From Camelus ferus (Eukaryota), in NCBI RefSeq assembly GCF_009834535.1, contig NC_045697.1, positions 6,946,001 through 7,010,000 of the forward strand: a stretch of 64,000 nucleotides of DNA. The letters run 5' to 3'. A program made the translations under genes and the position numbers. Positions 1-12,660 of this stretch are shown in pieces; position 1 is the first letter of the stretch; every line of letters begins with the position of its first letter. The notes below the pieces were generated by a model. It did no database searches. It had not been told where the DNA came from and saw only the letters and a list, made by a program, of their open reading frames with translations.

Positions 1-824
1 TATCTTGTTGCTCATACTCTCCTTCCACACTTGCACCTGACTAGATATTTCTCATTATTCTAGATTCACAGGATACTTTATCCAGAAATCTTTTCGAACT
101 GGGTTAAAAGGATCTTAATCCAAGACCGAGTGCATGTGGCATTTTACTAAGGTTACATTATTAATTTCCCTGTACTGGCAACTTCTTAGTGAGCTACCCA
201 GGGAAGAGGGACCAAATAGTCTTAGTTATTGTGCATTGATGATGTATTAGATGTGCTGGGCTCATGTTAATATTTATTCAGCTGAGAAAAGATTACCACC
301 TTCTCATTCTTTTCAAGTACAATGTCTCCTTTAAACACCTCATAACCAACCCATAAGATGTGTTATCTGTGATTCCTTCTCATACTACATGATTTTTCAG
401 AAACACAAGAGAGTAAGAGACTAAGTTGTCATTATTTTGGTTTATATGGAAAAACATGATTGGGATGAATTTTTCACTTTTAAGTTCTTTTTTGTTTGTT
501 TGGCAACCATTGGCTGACACTTTAAACCAACATACAAACTTACATGATGCTCTTCACCTAATGTACCAGTTGCCAATGTGGTATCTGCCAACCCAATAAA
601 TATAACTTACTTAATGCATTGAATAAAAATTTGACCAAGATGCACACTGGTTTGCATATATAGAAATTAACTCTACTTCCGTGATACCCAAGGACCCAGA
701 TTTTTTTTAAAGCCGAAAAGTGGACTTTCATACTGACCTTCCTGTTGAAGTTAACATTTTGACTGAGTCATTGACATTATCTCATCTTAATTTTCACTAT
801 TGCATGTCAAAGCTTAATTCTGAG

Positions 825-960
825 CCAGGCACTAAACTGAGCATTGTGCAAACATTTTATCATTTGGTTCTCATTTGACAGAACACAATTTATGCTCATT
901 TTATAGAAGAGAAAACCAATTCTTACAGCAATTCAATAAAACTCAATGATGGGGCTCTGG
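825..960 (-). mobile_element. MIR SINE fragment
   Basis: gccaggcact...tcatttggttctca...cattttatagaagagaaaacc resembles the reverse MIR core; very diverged. Confidence 0.5.
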
Positions 961-1524
961 GTGTTAAAAGTTAGGATTTTCATAAAGATCTTTCAGTCTC
1001 TAGAAGTTACACTCAAAAGTAGTAAGTTTCTCAATTTGACTCAAATTTAAGTATTCCGTTATAATTCTATATACTTTTAAATTATGATTTTATTGTTTTC
1101 TAAACACTTTTACATTCATTATTCCAGTGGAATCTCACTTCAGTTAGTGAGCTGGGCAGTTCAAGAAAAGGCTAAGACAAAAGAGGGTCATTCAGTGACT
1201 GGTGGGGAGAGCCAGCATTGGAAACTGGGTTTTCTGACTCATCCCAGGGATTATTCTCTTGAGAGGGTCATTTTAATCAAAAGCTTTATCACTTAAGTAC
1301 CCTCGTGGCCTCCCCAAATGAATGCTTTTTCATCCTCCAACAAATTCCTTCTGTATCTTCTCTCTCTTTTTTCATTTAGAAAGAACATCTCCTTTTAATG
1401 CCCATTTTCCACTGCATTAAGGATGAGAAGCAGCTTTACTGTGAAAACTTTTTAAAAAGTTACTTCTGTCTGTACAACAAAAAAAAGAAAAGAAAAGGAA
1501 TCTACTAAAAGGAAAAATTAAATT

Positions 1525-2535
1525 ATATATCTGATAAGGGATTAATACCCAAAATATATTAAATAACTCATACAACCAATAGCAAATGTATGTGTGTGTG
1601 CATGTCTATATATATATATACACACACACACAATTTAAAAATGGGAAGATTTGTTGATACGGCCATTATTAAAAAGACAAAAAAAAAAATGTAAGTGAGG
1701 ACAAGCGTGGGTGGAGAAAATTGGGAACCCTTGTGCATTGTTCATGAGAATATGAACTGGTGAAGTCACTGTGGAAAACAGTATGAAGTTTCCTCAAAAA
1801 ATTAAAAATAGAACTATTTTATTATACTCAACAGTCCCATTTCTGGGTATTTATCCAACGAAAATAAAAACATTAACTTGAGAAGAAATATGCACCGCCA
1901 TGTTCACTGCAACATTATTTACAAGAGTCAACAGATGGAAACAACCTATGTGTCCATGGAATGATGAATGGATTAAAAAAGTGTGGTATGTATACACAAT
2001 GGAATATTACTCAGCCACAGAAAAGAATGAAATCCTGCCATTTGCAGAAACATGGATGAACCTCAGGAGCGTTATGCTAGATGAAATAATTCAAACTGAG
2101 AAAGACAAATACAATATGATCTCACCTATATGTGGAATCTAAAACTAAAATACAAAACTCATAGATACAGAGAAAAGATTAGGGGTTGCTGGAGGTGGGG
2201 GGCTGGGGTGTGTGGGAGAAATGGATAGATAAGGTCAAAAGGTACAAACTTCCAGTTATAAAATAAATAACTCATGGAATGTAATATACAGGATGGGGAC
2301 TACAATTAATAATGCATATTTTGAAAGTTGCTAAGAGATTAGATCTTAAAAGTTCTCATCATAATAAAAAGTTTGTAACTGTGTAAGGGGATGGGTGTTG
2401 ACTTATTATGGTGATCATTATCAATGTATACATATATCAAATCATTTGTTGTACACCTGAAATATGACATAATGTTATACATCAATTATATTTTAATTAA
2501 AAGTAAACAATTAAAGAAAAGAAAAGAAAAGAAAT
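1525..2535 (+). mobile_element. L1 (L1MA9-like) 5'-truncated copy: ORF2 C-terminus, 3' UTR and A-rich tail
   Basis: ORF 1900-2142 MFTATLFTRVNRWKQPMCPWNDEWIKKVWYVYTMEYYSA... is the L1 ORF2 C-terminus; L1MA-type 3' UTR (aaggtacaaacttccagttataa...gttgtacacctga); (GAAAA)n tail ~2515-2535. Confidence 0.92.
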
Positions 2536-3729
2536 AATAGTTTGAAGTGCTACCTGTAGGCTTAAAAACATTCAGACTTTGGCATAATAACCACCTTTTT
2601 ATGCAGACTCAAAGGGATTGTAGAAGGTAATGCAGATCTCAGGGGTTTAGAAGACATAAATACACTCACTTTTTGATGTTGTGAACACAGACAGTGTCCC
2701 TTGAATTACCTACTAAGTGGAAAGGTTGAAAAGGTTGACCCCTTAAGTCATAATCATGGTGTAGGTGCACATTTCATATGTTTGAAAGTTATATTTGAAA
2801 GTCTGAAACAGTGTCTTTAATAATCATAAAGTGTAGAGAAGGATTAAAGTACCTTAATTATATATTATTTTTTCAGTGATTACATCTCTCTCTATATTTT
2901 TAATGTATACTGAATTATAAATATGTGATCTATATGTATTTTTTCAGTATTAAAAATGTTGAAATCTGACAATGCTTTCATAAAGAAAGATGGGTAGAAT
3001 TATTTCTTGTGAATCAAAATAAAACCCAATGTTTAAGGATCCTGGTTGTATTTTAAGACCCAGAGAACAAACCTTTGGAGGCATTTCTGGCCCCCAAGAG
3101 GGTGTGAAGAGAAGCAAATTAACATGTATTCAGCAAAGCCAGCGATCAAATTCAGGTCGGCTTAGCACAGCTGGTTTATACTCTCTGTGTGATAGTCATT
3201 TGATTTTTTTAAACTGAGAATATGTATTTAAACATACACACACACACACTCTCTCCATTTGTAAAAAATCAGCTAAATCTTCAAACAGAAACACACAATG
3301 TTCCAGCCCAAACAGTGGTGTTTATTGCTCATGAGCAGCAACCTTATCACTTCTGAAGGAAGGCAGTAGGTGAGCGGATGTTGGACCCTGTAAAACCTCC
3401 ACCCCTCCCCCATCTTAATGCGAGGATCCCAAGGGATTACAGATTCTCTGGGACATACAGAACACAACTTGAAAACCACCAATATGATCCAAGTGCCCTG
3501 TTGGTTTTGTTTCCTAGGATCCAGAATTGGAGATCCAGAAAACCTCTCTTGTCCTAGGTCCCTCAGTTTCATCCACAACCCAAACCTATTGAACTTCATC
3601 CCTTGTACTTAAACCAGGTCCATCTAGAATGGGGATCAGTGCCCAGCACACAGTGGGACCTCAGTCGACACTCAGTGAATAAAGGAAACTATAGAAAATT
3701 ACCTCCTATCTAATGGTGCTCAACAGATA

Positions 3730-3870
3730 CTAATTTAATTTATCCCTCAACACTCTGGGTTTGTCGCATTAACCTTATTTTTTAAAGGAGAATCTTAAAC
3801 TCAGTGATTTAAGAAGCTTATTTATGATCACAGTGTTGCTAAATGGTTGAACTGGGATTCAAACAGAACG
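3730..3870 (-). mobile_element. MIR SINE fragment
   Basis: tttaaaggagaatcttaaactcag...gatcacag...aaatggttgaactgggattcaaac matches the reverse MIR pattern. Confidence 0.55.
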
Positions 3871-4324
3871 AAATCTAAATCTAGTGTATTTTGAAAAGCA
3901 ACTACCTTCTCTCTACAGGTACTGGGAGAACAAAATGATGTGGAAAATTTGATATGAAAACCTCTTCACAAAAGCCTAATTGACTATATAAATATAAAAC
4001 ATTATATTTATTTCAATGTTGCCCATTTTTCCCATAAGTCTTTCACTCCACCTTGTAAAATTGATTATCCAGCCAATGATGCAGGCCATCCAAAGTGATA
4101 GAAAATTATCTCTAAACGTTAAAAGCATATCGCACTGTTGGGATTATGTACCGGGGCAGCCGCAGTTCTTGCTACCTCGGCAGCTTCAACCCGAGGCATC
4201 ATTCTCTCTTGAAAAGAGAGATTTGCTCTTTAACAGCGGTAGGACTATGAAAATTACATCCACGAGGCTCAGTTTCCTCCTTCCAAAGCCAAGAGCAGTC
4301 ATATGCCTCTCGAAGGTTTACTAC

Positions 4325-4520
4325 GTAGTAAGTGATTAGGACACAAGCCGACTGGGAGTCAGGCTGCTTGGGGTGGATCCCAGTTCCCCCACTCATGAAT
4401 GAGAGTGTTACGTGATTGCATCCGTGAAAATAGTATTAGAAGAGTTAACACATGGAGGGAACCAAGAACACTGTCAGCACAGCACATTTCTTGTCGTAAG
4501 TGCTCAGGAAGTGTTGGCTA
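4325..4520 (+). mobile_element. MIR SINE fragment
   Basis: ggagtcaggctgcttggggtggatcccagttcc...taagtgctcaggaagtgttggcta; MIR head and tail motifs. Confidence 0.6.
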
Positions 4521-4933
4521 CGGGTGTTTTAAAATTATCTCCTGTGTCAGGAACACCTAGCCCAGGGTTTGACACTGCCTGAAGCGGTGGCGGCATTCAG
4601 AGTTTTTTGCAGCTCACAAGGTGCTGTCGTGAGCTCCCGTTCATTTCATCTTCACGACCATCCTATCAATGGGGGCTGGGCATCCTACTCCCTTGGGGCT
4701 TATCCTGCCGCCTCTGCCAGATGTCAGGGGATCCCCATCTCGCTCAGACCTTTTCTCTACCTGGCTGTCTGCTGCCACACTTAGGCTCTCAAAGGAGCAT
4801 GACAAGGACAGCTCAACTGCACACCTTTGTGAAAACTGAGTCTCACTTCATCCCTGAATCCTACAGCTTTCTAAGCCTGGGGTGCAGCGTTAGTCAGTGC
4901 AGACTCTGCAAGGATCTCTTTGTAACTTCAGCT

Positions 4934-5531
4934 TCTTAGAACAGGTAGATAGCTAGATATGAGTAGAGGAAGAGGGGGCACAGGTCAAGTTGTAGGAAAC
5001 CATATGTCTTGTAAGCAACACATGTCCTTGGGCAAACAAAGAAAAGCAGGAACCTGTGGACTGACAGGAAGCCATATATCTTGAGGTGACATGGGTCCCA
5101 GAGGCAGATAAAGAAAAGTGGGAAAAGGCAAGAATCTCTGGCATCTGAATGTAACCATTTGCTCATTCTGCCTTTATTACAATTAAACTAGCCTTGCAGA
5201 TAAGAAGCACACACCACGCACTGATGCCATGGCACTTCTGACCCAGTCCAAGCAAGGACAGAAATCCCCCCTCCCATCGGGAAGGTGGAGCTGGGATGAA
5301 AATCAGGAAATACGTTACCAAACCCTCCCTCTCCAGTGAATATCCCCTACATTCGTTTTTACACCTCATATAACCAGCTTGCCAGAGAGACTTAGCGCAG
5401 CCACTCACCCGAGTCTCCCTGCCCTCCCCTTGAGAGCATCCTATCACTTAATAAATCCTTACTTCGCTTTCCTGACCTCCTTGTTTGTCTCTGAATTCTG
5501 TGATAAGACAAGAACTTGCTCTCAGACAACA
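4934..5531 (+). mobile_element. ERV1-class solo LTR (copy 1 of 3)
   Basis: Starts tcttagaacaggtagatagctagatatg (G>C versus the tgttag start of copy 3) and ends ...caaca; AATAAA ~5451; perfect 4-bp TSD AGCT (4930-4933 / 5532-5535); co-linear with 45365-46023 and 31653-32245. Confidence 0.9.
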
Positions 5532-7309
5532 AGCTCAAGGTCTTATATTCATTCCAAAACGGGTTCTTCTGAACACTTGGCTGCAGACAGACGCGACAGT
5601 TTCTTTTTTTGTTGCTGTTATTATGGTTGCTGTTGTTTTTAATTCTGTAATCAAGTGAGATTAATAAATACTGCAAGCCATAATAAATTTTAAGCTTCTA
5701 AAAAGTCTTACAGTATTTTCCAAGCTTATTTAACTCACAATTTTCATTTTTTTATGTTGTAGTACCACCTATATAACTTTAAATGCACAAAGTACAGTTT
5801 TCATGTATATACATGTTTATATGTAATTGGAAAAAGAATAAAAATTTGAGATAGGTGACTCCACCTTAAGATTGCTGATGCCTTTGTGGGAGAATTAATA
5901 AGAGTAGGACTGGGTAGGTATTGACTTCAGCTGTGTATAGAACTTACTATTTTTTAATGGTTATCTTATGACATTGGATATGCCACCTCAAGAAATCCTG
6001 CTTAAGAGTTGTCTCTGTTTTTAAATATTATTTTTCACTTTTAACAAATGTTCCCTGGACGTCCTCTTCTTTTTTTGCCACACATGATATTTCTGTGGGT
6101 TTGGACTGGAAGGGCTCACAGGTGTGCTCAGAGATACCCCGATGAGAAAAGATGCCTGCATTTTTACCATCACACCACCTCTGCACAGATTCTTCAGAGA
6201 AAGTTTCAGCAGAATCCTTTCCTGTCAGGTGAAGGTCACGGTCACAATCTCCCATCAATGATTCATGCAGTGACCTTCAGGAGTCCAGCCACCATCTCCT
6301 CCTCCTCTGTGTCCCCTTCTAGGAGGCAGGCAGGGTGCTGAGAAAACAAGCTAACCAGAGCTTCCTGTAACATGGAACAGCTTCAGAGCAGGAGATTCAG
6401 AAGGAAGGGCTTAGGTTTACTTTCTTCCAGATTCCTCTTTCTTGGAAAGTCATAGAGAATATTGAATTATTCTCCCCTTTCCCATAGAACCTTCTTTGAG
6501 AAACTCTGCCAGGGAGACCAAGGACAGGCTTCAGCAGCCAGCTAATGACCCCCATTTTCTCTGAAACCCATCACAGCCTCCGGCACCTCCCACAAGGACA
6601 GCTAAGCCAGCTTGGAATTTCACGCTGGTATCAGGGAAACACGGAACAAGCACAAATAGCAAAAATAAAATGGACCCCTTTGCTCCTGCCACCAGTATCA
6701 CACTTCCTTATGGGCACCCCTTTCAGTGTTTGGGGGCTTTCCCATTTCTATCTGATGCATGTCAGTTGATGTATGTTAGTGATCTTAACTTCAGCAAAGA
6801 GTAAGTTAAAAAAAACAACAACAACAGCAAACATGGCAGTGGCAGAATTAGATCTTGGGACTTGATTTGAAAGGAAAAACATTCCTAGTCTTCTGACTTG
6901 TGTCCTCAAGATTAAGGACGAGGGTGGGGACAGTCCGTGAAGGGAAGTGAGAGATAGCGGCTTGCATTACATGGACATCTATTCTGTCCCAAGAGCCGCG
7001 GTAGGTAGAGACAGTATTCTTCCTTCTGAAGGGCTTGACTATAAGGTGCCGTGGGTAAGACCTGCTCCGGAAAAAGAAGATCTTGAATTTTCTCCACTTT
7101 GTCATTAACTTACTTGTCAAAAACTATACTATTGTGTCAGAGATTGATGAATGCTTTCTGAGGTTAATCATTTATAGAAATAGGAAGGTGTAGTGTAGGG
7201 AGGTCTGCATAGGTAAGTTGACATCAAGTTCCCAAACAAAAGTCAAGAGATTGACAGTAAGTCTGAAAGATGATACAACAGTAGAAATCGCCCATGAATT
7301 AAAGGCAGG

Positions 7310-7673
7310 TGCTATGAACTGAATCCTTGTTTCTCCTCAAAGTTCATATGTTGAAGCCTTAGTCATCCTCAGTGTGAGGGTTTGGAGATAGGGCCTTTGA
7401 GGGTTATTTAGGTCACGAGAGTGGAGCCGTCATGAGGGATTAGCGCCCTTATAAGAAGAGACATGAAAGACATGCTATTTCTTTCTGACGTCTGAGGATA
7501 TAGAAAGAAGGCAGCTGTCTGAAAAATAGGAAGAAGGTCTTCAACAGGCACTAAATCTGCCAGCCTCTTGCTCTTGAACTTCCCAGCTATCAGAACTGTG
7601 AGAAATAAATGTCTGTTGTTGAAACCACCTCATTTATGGCATTCTGTTGGAGCAGCCCAAACTGACTAAGACA
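7310..7673 (+). mobile_element. MLT1A-type MaLR solo LTR
   Basis: tgctatgaactgaat...gttcatatgttgaagcc...cttataagaagaga...aataaatgtctgttgtt...gactaagaca; TG..CA ends; 5-bp TSD gcagg/ggagg (4/5). Confidence 0.9.
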
Positions 7674-8699
7674 GGAGGAATCACATATTCTTAAGTACCT
7701 TTTTTTTTTTAATACTCCCAGACCTGTGAATGCAGGTCCAGAGTCAGGAAACTTTTAACTCAAAATGAATATTTTCTCATTTTATATCAATATCCTACCT
7801 TCATTTTGCATCATTGCACCTAAAGCAATTGCATATCCATTGCTCTATATTTGGTGATCCGCAGTGCCACGGACAAGGCCGGTGCTGTTAGTGCTACTGA
7901 GCATGTGGGAAAGGAGGTGAATCCTGCTCAAGGTCATGCCATCTAAGTAGCACAGTTAGAACTAAATCAAAGTGTTCACCTTCTTTTCTTTACACCATGT
8001 TCATCCTTAATCTAAGTGGGTTAGGTAGAATCAAACCTCAGTAATCAACATGATGCTGCACTCATATTAGGTGTGTAGAAATAAGCATATAAGAAGGTTG
8101 AACTGCTTGGTTGAGACAGCACTTTTTCTATTTGGAACGCTACCTGTCCTTCTCTGTGGAGACGTTATCAATGGCAGCCTGCTAACTTTCCCATCAGAGC
8201 ATGACTCTATTTGTTTTCATCCCAAAGTAGCACAGGAGTGATTTTTCTACTATCTTTTAATTTTTTTTCCATGGTGGGAAAATCCTCCTGTGAAATGCCC
8301 TGGAAAATAGGATTTGAAACTTTGATTAGCGGCAGGTTGATTTTATTTTATGGTGGTGTAAATTAATCTCTCCATGTTCAGAAAGTCCTGTCCCCGTAGG
8401 ATCTTATCTTTTGTGTACTTCAAAGAACAGCTCCTAAGCCTGAGACGCTGTGAAATTTCAGCGTTAACACTGAAAAGTAATAGCTTTGGTTACACACAAC
8501 AAAAGGCAGGTTTTGAGGTCAGATTGGCTTTTTTTGTTGTTTTATTTAGAATCAAAGAGATTCAAAACACTACGTGCTTATTAGCGTTTCACACTTTGTA
8601 TTAGGTGTGTATCTTCAACCATACCTATGTCTCTTATGTCCCTTCCCCAACCCCCTCCTCATTTGGCTTACTCTTATTCATTCATTAAGTTATTGATTA

Positions 8700-8995
8700 A
8701 TTTTCTCTTCCTCAAAAAAAAACCTTGATTCCTCTATACACTTGTCACCACTCAACCAGTGTCAGATGCCAAACCCTTTCCTTACTGTTGGTGTTCCTGT
8801 AGCTTCTGTACATAACTTCTATTAGCAGATATCATGCCAATTGTTAATTGTGTGCTTAACTCTCTCCCAACAGAGTATACACTCCTTGAGAATAGGAATG
8901 AAAGCATTGTGACCTCTATCACTTCCAATGTTTGGCAGACTAATCAATATTTGGTAAATCATCAACATGAATTTATTGAATTGATGATGAATGAG
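8700..8995 (+). mobile_element. L2 3' fragment
   Basis: actccttgagaataggaatg...tttattgaattgatgatgaatga; L2 tail signature. Confidence 0.5.
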
Positions 8996-10089
8996 TCAGG
9001 GAACAAGTGAAGGATTGCCCTTAATCTCCAGAACAGCCAAAATGATAGATAAATGCACGTGAAATTTTGAGAAGAGAAAGCTAAGGATAAGAGAACTTAA
9101 CTCATAACCATGGCTGTGCAAAGACTAAACTGCAAAGCTGAAATTAAAATCCAAGATTTTGTTATTTCAAATCTGATTCTACCTAGAAGCTGCAGATTAA
9201 AATTTGGAGAAAATGCAGTTATGATTGTTGGTTCTTGCATAATGATGAAATCCAGCAAGTGTAGCTTGGCAGATATCCTGTTTTTTATGGCACACGGTTT
9301 GAAAACTACAGAAGCTCTAGAAGTGTCTCTGAACTAGTACTTCAGTTGAAATCAAGAAGGGATCTGAAAACTCTAGCCTCCAAAGAGCTAAAAAAAAATG
9401 AGATGGCAAGACTCAAAGGGTGATGAGTTCAGTGTTAAAAACAATAAGAAACAGTTATGTATGGTAAAGCACAGGGACTTCTGAGAATGGATCTGGTGAT
9501 TTCAAAAGAGCTTTGATTTTGAGAAGTGAGGTGTGTTTGATTGGGTTCTGCCACTTGGAGGGAGCATTGGTCAATAGGATCAGGAGCTCCACTCTGAAGT
9601 CCCTCAGCCCACCTCCTCCTGAGCTGCCCTGGAATATTTTCCCATTCTATCCCTAAGAAATTGAATTTAAATGAAAACAAGCTCTCTTACTACTGGCTTT
9701 TAACCAATTATTGTAAAGAAGGAAATCATCATTTAAAAAATAGAAATGAAATCAGCCTATATATTTGTGGCAAAATGTATATGTTTCACCACTACCCTAA
9801 CACAGGCTTAAGAATATTAATCACTGTTTTTTAGTATTAAAAAAAAAGGCCTTAATTGGTCTTGTTTGGCAGGAACTTGAGTGTCCTTGAACAATGATGG
9901 GATGTGATGTTAGAACGTTGGAGTTGAAGGCCAGCTCTGCCAAATGAATTTGGGCTTATGTCATAGTTTCTCTGATTCTGAGCATATAAACTATGGGATT
10001 CCCAACACCCATTTCCCAGGGTGACAGACAGGACTGAAGGAGGCTACATTTGAGGAAAACACCCAGGACAACTCCCTGTGGAGGAGGAC

Positions 10090-10330
10090 CGTGGAACTGT
10101 TGCTGGTTTCTTCTCTCAACACCATATTTACTAGTTGTGTGACTTTGGGTCATTTACATGATCGATTTGACTCTCATTGATTCTCATCTACGAAACAAAC
10201 AAACAAACAAACAAAAGCAGTAACTATCTTGTATTTTTTTGTGTGTGTGTGAAAAGTTGGTAAATTAATATATACAACATTCTCAGAATGCTTAACATAG
10301 CAAATGCACTTAAAATATTTTTATTTCCTT
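10090..10330 (+). mobile_element. MIR SINE containing an (AAAC)n run
   Basis: tttactagttgtgtgactttgggtcatttac...ttctcatcta...cttaacatagcaaatgcacttaaaatattt. Confidence 0.6.
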
Positions 10331-11059
10331 CCTTCATCTCCGACTGGCACTTTCTTCAGCCATGAAAATGGGATTAAACATTCCTGTTACAAAAGGTAAT
10401 TTTAAGAATTAGACTTACATATTGATTATGTTCTAAAGCTTTCCAAAAGTTTTGGTTGTTAATGTCATGACACAGCACTTGTTATGCAGCATGAAATGCC
10501 CATTCTCTCTCCATCTTATGCTTTTCATGAAGAAGGAACAGACAAAGGCACTCATGTCCAATAACCTTAGGGCTCGTGTTTTATCCAAACTTCTTGACGA
10601 GAACATTTCATGAAAGAGAGCTGTGCACAGTGGACTCAAGCAATCTATGTGGAGGACCATGCCTCTTATCCATGCTCACTGGGGCGTGCTGCGCTCCTGT
10701 ATTCAGAGGCAGACACTTTCTCAGAAATAGACTATAGAGCTTCTGAAAAGCTGACAGCTGCTCCCAGGCTTCCCAGATCCTTTCTAAAAATCCTGATGAT
10801 TGCTCTGTAAATGAACTGGTGGTGAGTAATAAATGCAGGGGCAGTGGCTGGTAGCCCAGTTGATCATAGAAGAATAGATGGGTTTTCTTCATGTCTTCTA
10901 TTTCCATCTAAATTTACTTTTTCTGAGGAAAGCAACCATTAAAAGTTAGAGGAGAGTACATTAGCTTGGAACCAGAAGATATGAAACAATATTTTGTGTA
11001 TGTTATTTTCCAGTGAAAACACTTTGAATGACTTTCCTTTGCCTACTGAACAAACCATG

Positions 11060-12030
11060 TGCTACAGATTGAGTGTTTGTGTCTTGTAGGGGCTGCCACC
11101 GCAGTGGGTGTGGTGTACAGAGCATCCAGCTTAAAGATCTCATGGAGTTTGCTTTGGTAGATTTTGGACTTGCTGGGACCTGTCAATCTTTTCTTTCTGA
11201 TTTCTTCCTTTTGAAATGGTAATAACTATTCTCTGCCTGCCCCACCCTTGTATGTTGGAAGCACATAACTTGTCTGGTTTCACAGGTTCAGAGCTAGAGA
11301 AGAATTTTGTCTCAGGATGAATCATATCTCAAGTGTCACCCATACCTGATTTAAATGATACTTAGATAAGACTTTGGACTTTAGAATTTAGAGTTGTTGT
11401 TTGAATGAATTAAGACTTGAGTCCCATGGGGGGAGGGTATGGCCGAGTGGTAGAGCATGTGCTTAGCATGCACGAGGTCCTGGGTTCAATCCCCAGTACC
11501 TCCACCAAAGATAAACCTAATTACTCCCCCTTGCAAATAAAATAATTAAATGATACAATAATAAATAAAATTAAAAAAAAAGACTTGGGTCCCATTTGAA
11601 TGGAATGAATACATTTTGCATGTGAAAAGGACATACATTTTGGGGATCCAGGGGTGAAATATTACGGACTGAATGCATCCCCCCAGAATTTGTATGTTGA
11701 ATCCCTAATTCCCAGCATGACTGTATTTGGAGATAGAGTCTTCAAGACAGTCATAAAGGTTAAATGAAGCCATAGGATTAGTGTCCTCATAAGAAGAGAC
11801 ACTAGAGAGCTCTCTCTTTCTCCCAGAGTGCACGTATGAGAAAGGCTATGTGAGGACAGAGTGAGCGTGTGGCCACTAGCAAACCAGGAAGAGATGCCTC
11901 ACCAGTAACTGGCCCCAGCAGACTTAGATCTGGAACTTCTAGCCCTGAGAGCTGTGAGATTATATACTTCTGTTGTTTAAGCCATCTAGTCTGTGGTAGT
12001 TTGTTATGGGAGCCCAAGCAGACTAAGACA
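11060..12030 (+). mobile_element. Internally deleted MLT1A provirus: first ~25 bp of 5' LTR, 3' internal region and complete 3' LTR (11660-12030)
   Basis: tgctacagattgagtgtttgtgtc start; MLT-int 3' motifs (cccttgtatgttggaag...gactttggact...attttgcatgtgaaaaggacat...ggggatccaggggtgaaa PPT); LTR tattacggactgaat...gactaagaca; flanks ccatg/ttatg. Confidence 0.82.
11428..11579 (+). mobile_element. tRNA-Ala(AGC)-derived SINE (camelid Vic-1 type)
   Basis: gagggtatggccgagtggtagagcatgtgcttagcatgcacgaggtcctgggttcaatccccagtacctccacca (A box, AGC anticodon loop, B box, CCA), then an A-rich tail; 16-bp TSD aagacttg(a/g)gtcccat at 11412-11427 / 11580-11595. Confidence 0.92.
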
Positions 12031-12389
12031 TTATGAAATCACCAATCCTTCAAACAGCCTCCATCCATCCTTCTGTTCTTCTGGACACCCCGTGGTCTGC
12101 CGAATCCTGGCCCGTTGATGCTCCAAGAGCTCCTTACATTCCACCTTTTACACTTTTGCTCACATGGGAAGCGGATACTCCATGCAACTCTATTTTATTG
12201 AATAAAAGTACATTGAGTTGAAATGAAGCATGTGGTAATTTTAATTTTATGGTTTAGAAAGGGCTTGATCTGGACAACTTAGGAAAAGGATTTTCATGGT
12301 AACCAAACATGGTGACCCAGTTAACGCCAACAAACCCGGCTACTCTGTTGTGTGCTCCCTAGATGCTTGAGGCAAGTGTGCTTTGATGG

Positions 12390-12660
12390 AATGTGGCATT
12401 GCATGGTACAATAAAAGGACACCGTATGGTGCCTGAGACTAACCTGGATGTGTCTCCTTGCTCTTTAACTTTCCAGATGCTGATGGCGAACATATTGCTG
12501 ATCCTCCCTACACCTTGGTTTTCTTAGTCATTAAATAGGAATATTTTCTACTTGATTTATAGTTCATTTTATTTGATAAACAAATGAGAAATGAATGAGA
12601 TCATAAGTGGGACAGGTTTTGTAAACCAGAAACTCTTGCAGTTGTAGGAGTTAGGTGTTC
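12390..12660 (+). mobile_element. MIR SINE (diverged)
   Basis: gcatggtacaataaaaggac...gagactaacctggatg...ccttggttttcttagtcattaaatagga. Confidence 0.5.

Noticed and set aside
2955..3045. Possible hAT BED-finger fragment (FHKERWVELFLVNQNKTQCL)
   Set aside because: Too short and diverged to support without a profile search.
6848..7120. Possible coding exon (ORFs 6848-7120 and 6912-7097, minus strand)
   Set aside because: I recognised no protein similarity and could not establish convincing splice sites; a blastx search would be needed.
11431..11510. Functional tRNA-Ala(AGC) gene
   Set aside because: The D-stem and acceptor stem are mismatched, and the encoded CCA, A-rich tail and 16-bp TSD show retroposition (SINE).
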